Origin: Eledone cirrhosa
Taxonomy: Eukaryota
Direction: 5' to 3'
DNA length: 64,000 bases
Assembly: GCA_964016885.1 (NCBI GenBank)
Contig: OZ024749.1
Location: 33,418,001 to 33,482,000 of the forward strand
The translations under genes and the position numbers were made by a program. The notes beneath the pieces are model-generated. The model did not search any database. It worked only from the letters and a program-made list of their open reading frames with translations, and was not told the DNA's origin. Below, one piece after another: positions 58,911-64,000 of the stretch. Positions within the stretch are counted from its first letter, which is position 1. Every line of letters begins with the position of its first letter.

Positions 58911-59720
58911 TTGTTTCTACTGTTGGCACAAGGCCAGCAATTATCCCAGTGTATTACTGGTACTTTATTTTATCGACCCCGTAAGGATGAAAGGCAAAGT
59001 TAACCTCAGCGGGATTTGAACTCAGACTATAAAGGGCCGTAACTCTTTGCTGCAAAGCATGGCGTCCGACCCTCTACCGATACTGCCAATCTTTCGATAC
59101 TTATAGTGAAGGTAGTTTCAATACTTATAGTGAATATAGTTTTTTTTTTCTTCTACATTTTAATTTATCAAGTAATAATTCTTTCTGCAACAATGGCACA
59201 AGACCAGCAATTTTATCTTTCAGAGGTTGATGAAATTAAGTACTACTCAAAATTACTGGCCTTGTACTTAATGTAGAAAATATTAGTGGATTGGTAGAAC
59301 CGGTAGAGCGTCGGACAACATGCTTAGCAGCATAGAGTTACGGCCCTTTACGTTCTGAGTTAAAATCCTGTCAAGTTTAGCTTTGCCTTTCATCCTTACG
59401 GGGGTTGATAAATAAAGTACCAGTCACGCACTGGTGTCGATTTAATCGACTTTCCCCCCGAAAAGAATTGTTGGCCTTATGACTAAAATGAAAACCATTT
59501 AAGGGCGGTGGATTGTTAGTATCGGTAGGGCGTCAAACAATATGCTTTACGACACAGAGTTACGGCCCTTTGCGCTCTGAGTTCAAATACTGCCGAGGCT
59601 AGCGTTGCCTTTCATCCTTACAAAGTCGATAAAAGGAAGTACCTGTAACGAACTGGTTCGATTTAATCGACTTTCCCCTCGCCCAAATCGCTGGCATTGT
59701 GCCTAAATCTGAAACCACTA
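58911..59720. mobile_element. SINE cluster: 58911-59090 (-; TSD TCTTTCGATACTYATAGT), 59286-59497 (+), 59502-59720 (+)
   Basis: Consensus match. Confidence 0.85.
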
Positions 59721-59851
59721 TTATTATTATTACAGCTGCATTTATCTTGCTTTATGTTCATACGAGTTATCATCAAGTCACAACCAGTGACCTCAAGAGA
59801 CAACAAGGTCCGCCATGTTCAACAAAGAACATACATACTCACATATGCATC

Positions 59852-60023
59852 TCTAGGTGTTTTGCGAAGTCTCCCTCCTATTGGGGAATTTTTCATTGTT
59901 ATTTTTTGTTACATCCTCTGTTTTTGTTTTTTACACGCAGAAATGCCCATTTGTACCGTCCTGTATTGCCCTGCACTGTCCTTAATGTCTACTTTATGTA
60001 AATCCTTGTGGTTAATAAAGAAA
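59852..60023 (+). mobile_element. Tx1-like 3' UTR (split pieces also at 60413-60457 and 63957-64000 minus)
   Basis: CCTCCTATTGGGGAATTT...CCTTGTGGTTAATAAAGAAAT. Confidence 0.65.
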
Positions 60024-60025
60024 TC

Positions 60026-60402
60026 ATTATTATTATTATTATTGTTATTACTCCTTGAGTCTCAGTCATTGATGTTAGTTAACTGGAAAGTTTGTTGGAA
60101 TGAATATCAAGCCACTACCTGCAGCCTCAGATATTCAGGACGTATCGGAGGGTTCTTGCTGTTCCCAGCAAGCATGCCTTTTGAAGCGTTCCAAAAAGCG
60201 TGAAGCGGCCGATTTTCTTTAACCATCCCTGGAAACTTTTGGAGATAGTCCCTAGTGCGCCTATGACAATCGGGATCACTTTGACTTCATGGCAGTTCCA
60301 AATCCTTTTTACCTCCCACTTTAGGTCCTGGTATCGGTTAATTTTCTCCCTCTCCTTCTCTTGCACTCTCGTGTCGAATGGGCAGGCCACATCCACATCC
60401 AC
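60026..60402 (-). mobile_element. R4/Dong-like LINE 3' end: REL domain C-terminus with (TAA)n tail
   Basis: DVACPFDTRVQEKEREKINRYQDLKWEVKRIW..VKVIPIVIGALG..LQKACLLGTARTLRYVL*; (TAA)n at the 3' end. Confidence 0.85.
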
Positions 60403-60452
60403 AATCTATTTTCTTTAGGTGTTTTGCGAAGTCTTCCCCCTATTGGGGAATT

Positions 60453-60510
<58 letters not shown>

Positions 60511-60519
60511 TGCATAAAA

Positions 60520-60780
60520 ATACCTCTGCAATATTTGTTCCGTTACTTTACGTTCTGAGTTCAAATCCCGCCGAGGTTAGCTTTGCCTTTCATCCTTACG
60601 GGGGTCAATAAAACGGGGTCAAAAAGTACTAGTAACACACTGGGGTCGATTTAATCAACTTTCTCCTTCCCTTCAAATTACCGGCCTTGTGTGAATCGTA
60701 GAAATTATCATCGATAAAATAAAGTACCAGTAATACACTGTATAATTGCTGGCCTTGTGCCAAAAGTAGAAACAATTATT
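60520..60780 (+). mobile_element. SINE fragments
   Basis: B box and body match. Confidence 0.8.
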
Positions 60781-61254
60781 AATTATTGTAAATGTATTGA
60801 AAATACATCAAACAAAACAGGACAATGGCGACGAAAATATAAAGAGGAAAAAGGAAGAGCAATGAAAATAGACATCAGACATGTTTGGCATAATAGTGAC
60901 AATGACTAATACTACTATCGACACCACTACTATTACTACTACTACCACTACTAGTAGTAGTATTAATACCACCATCACAACTATCACCACCACCACCACC
61001 ACCACCACTACCATCAATAACAGTACCACAACCATCACCACTACCACCCTACTACTCCCACTACCACCAATACCACCACATCTACCACCACCACCACCAC
61101 CACCACTACTACTAGTACTACTACTACAACCACAACTATCAGTACTACCACCACCACCAAAACCAACATCAGCCACAGCGCCACAACCATCACCACTACA
61201 CACCCTACTACTACCCCTACCGCCAATACTATCACATCTACCACCACCACCAAC

Positions 61255-61324
<70 letters not shown>

Positions 61325-62449
61325 CTCTCCCTACTCACTCAACAACCCCCGCCCCCAAATGCACTATCACTACCTCTACCACAACTACCAACATCACCAC
61401 CACCATTATTACCAGTCAGTTAGTCAGTGTCACCTTAGCCGACCAGTTAAAACACACATCTGGCCCTCAGCAGTTTGTTAGTCACCTTAGCTGAACTTGA
61501 AAACATACCTCTGGCTCTCACTAGCCTGTTAGTCAGTGTCACCTTAACTGAGCTTGAAAACATACCTCTGGCCCTCAGCAGTCAGTCAGTGTCGTCTTAG
61601 CTGAGCAGTGAAATCACACATATTTGGCCCTCAGTGTGGCCGGGTTTTAAGACCCAGTCCACTTCTGATTTAAACAAATAATGAGAAATATATTTTGTTA
61701 CGTAACAAGCCTGTATGGACAGATTTTCAACATCCTCTCAACATTGTCATATGAGATTAAATAAAAAAAAAAAGATGTTAATCTAGGTGGTTGTACTTGA
61801 TAGAATCAATAGCAACAACAACAATAACAATAACAACACCATCAACAACAACAGTAACAACATGTTTATCAGGAAATCGGTCGGAAGTGGTGAAGTGGTG
61901 GAAATTCAAGTATTGTAAAACTTGATTTTTGATAGGAAATGGTGGTGGTAGTGGTGGCGTGGTATTGTGGTGATCGTAGTCGTTTGGTGGTGGTGATGGC
62001 AGTGGTCAAATGGTGTTGCGATAGTAGTCGTGGTATTTGTGATTAGTGATTGAGCTGATATATTTATCACGTTTTCCAGCTATAAGCATCTTGTCTTCTC
62101 TCTATATCTACGACTATATTTCAAATGTATACTTCCATCTTCTGAGACAGTCAGTGATTCGAGAGCGATGTTGGCAGTTATTTCTAGCAGATAGTGAAGT
62201 CGTGTACAGGCACCACCGTTGGCTCGTTATTGTTGGTGCTGTTGCTGTTTAGCCCCAAGCAGATCAAGTGAACTTCTTAACCATTTAGCTATATGTGTCC
62301 ACATTTTCAAACATAAAGAAATTAGGACTATAATATCTGATATGTCCTTCAACCTCTTTCTTCTTTAAAAGACGGCAGTATGGGATTTGAGCTAAGTTTC
62401 TAGCAGATCGAAGCTTGTAGTTATGGTATAGGGAATGGTGGTTGATATA

Positions 62450-62765
62450 TGAGCGGAGGGTTGGAGGTGATGGTTGGAGGTGATGGCTGGGAGTGATGGC
62501 TGGAGGTTATGGATAGAGGTGATGGTTGTAGGTGATGCGTTGAGGTGTTGGTTGGTGGTGATGGTTTGAGGTGTTGGTTGGTGGTGATGGTTGGAGGTGA
62601 TGGTTGGTGGTGATGGTTGGAGGTGATGGTTGGGAGTGATGGATAGAGATGATGGTTGGTAGTGATGGTTGGAAGTGATGGATACAGATGATGGCTGGTG
62701 GTGATGGTTGAAGTAGGTGATGATTGGAGGTGATGGTTGGAGGTGATGGTTGGAGGTGATGGTTG
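62450..62765. repeat. 12-bp minisatellite (GGTGATGGTTGG-like)
   Basis: Direct inspection. Confidence 0.8.
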
Positions 62766-63115
62766 AAATAAAAGGAGAGAACTGGACGAACTATAGATGA
62801 AAGTGAGTTTAATTAATTTGTTTGTTAGGGTAAACAAAGAGATGTGAAGGAAGAGGGAGAGAAGGAGGGAGGGGGAGATGAAACAGGACAAAAGAACCAG
62901 GCTAACCAGTCGGAAAACTATTCAGGTAGTTTTTAGTAATAATATTGGCTAGGTAAACCAGGTGGAACAAAGCGAGGAAACTACTGCCACCACTACCACC
63001 ACTACATATCACCACAACTAACAACAGCAGTAGTAGCAGCAATATCCCTCACAACCAGTAGTAACAGCAGCAACAGACCAGACGAACATGATCTATCTAT
63101 GTATCTATCTATCTA

Positions 63116-63187
<72 letters not shown>

Positions 63188-63307
63188 ACTATCTAACTAT
63201 CTATCAATCTATCTATCCATCTATTTATCTATCTATGTTGCATAGCATAAATGCAAAAAAAATTACACTATGTGTATGCATGCATATGAGCACGTCTGAA
63301 TTTATAA

Positions 63308-63378
<71 letters not shown>

Positions 63379-63462
63379 GATTGAACCAGTTTTAAACTAG
63401 TTAGAGCATTATTCAACAGAGTACTCGATACTTGGGATAGAGTGTGACTATGTTATAAAGAG

Positions 63463-63578
63463 TCTTCCATTGTGGACCACAACACAGTATATTCCAAGTC
63501 ACAGATCTTCCACTGTCGACCACAACACAGTATATTCCAAGTCACACATCTTCCACTGTCGACCACAAAACAGTATAT
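63463..63578. repeat. 43-bp tandem repeat, ~2.6 copies
   Basis: TCTTCCACTGTCGACCACAACACAGTATATTCCAAGTCACA recurs. Confidence 0.85.
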
Positions 63579-63791
63579 TAAAAAAACTAGTAATGGTATG
63601 AACAAAAGCCATGAAATTTGACCACGATAAATGTTCCTGCCTGATGGAAAAAATGAGCGGGGATTCTAAGCCAACCGAGTACCATTTCTATTAATACGTT
63701 GACTATATTTCTCGACAGTCAAAGAGGAATGTTGTATTGGATATATGTGTATGGATTCCAGGTCTGAACACCACCGATTTTTTTCCAGAGA

Positions 63792-63861
<70 letters not shown>

Positions 63862-64000
63862 GAGAGTGAGAGAGTAGGAGAGGGATAGAGAGAGAGATAG
63901 AGATAGATAGAGAGATAGAGAGATAGATAGATAGATGGATAGATAGATAGATAGATAAATTTCTTTATTAGCCACAAGGGCACAAAAGAAGGGGACAAAT

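Overview
Non-coding, AT-rich, extremely microsatellite-rich animal DNA. The tRNA-derived SINE family and repeat landscape look cephalopod (octopus-like); this is an inference. No host protein-coding exon is supported, and nearly all listed ORFs are translations of (TA)n, (CA)n, (TATG)n, (CCTA)n and (GA)n tracts. Real protein remnants are retrotransposon fragments: a Tx1/L1-clade C-terminus (11895-12779), R4/Dong-type restriction-like-endonuclease C-termini (4171-4470, 20798-20929, 60127-60402) and an RTE-X-like end. About 20 SINE copies and several hAT, Tc1/mariner and piggyBac MITEs are also present. The main signal is a dense set of at least 13 sequence-unrelated families of short non-coding elements inserted in (TA)n tracts that carry type I hammerhead ribozymes (HHRs). 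I count about 18 complete or near-complete CUGANGA...GAAA-stemIII-UH cores, about 6 single-substitution variants and many 3' halves. Many insertions are asymmetric fold-back palindromes. About 11 unrelated elements share a covarying 3' hairpin with a 2-nt bulge (RYTC-stem-loop-stem-NN-GARY) 39-63 nt from the 3' end. In the commonest family the palindrome apex lies in or at HHR stem II. This fits non-autonomous Penelope-like/retrozyme-type elements with a shared RNA recognition signal. Family names FA-FN are my own labels. All coordinates were read by eye (plus or minus a few bp); no searches were run.
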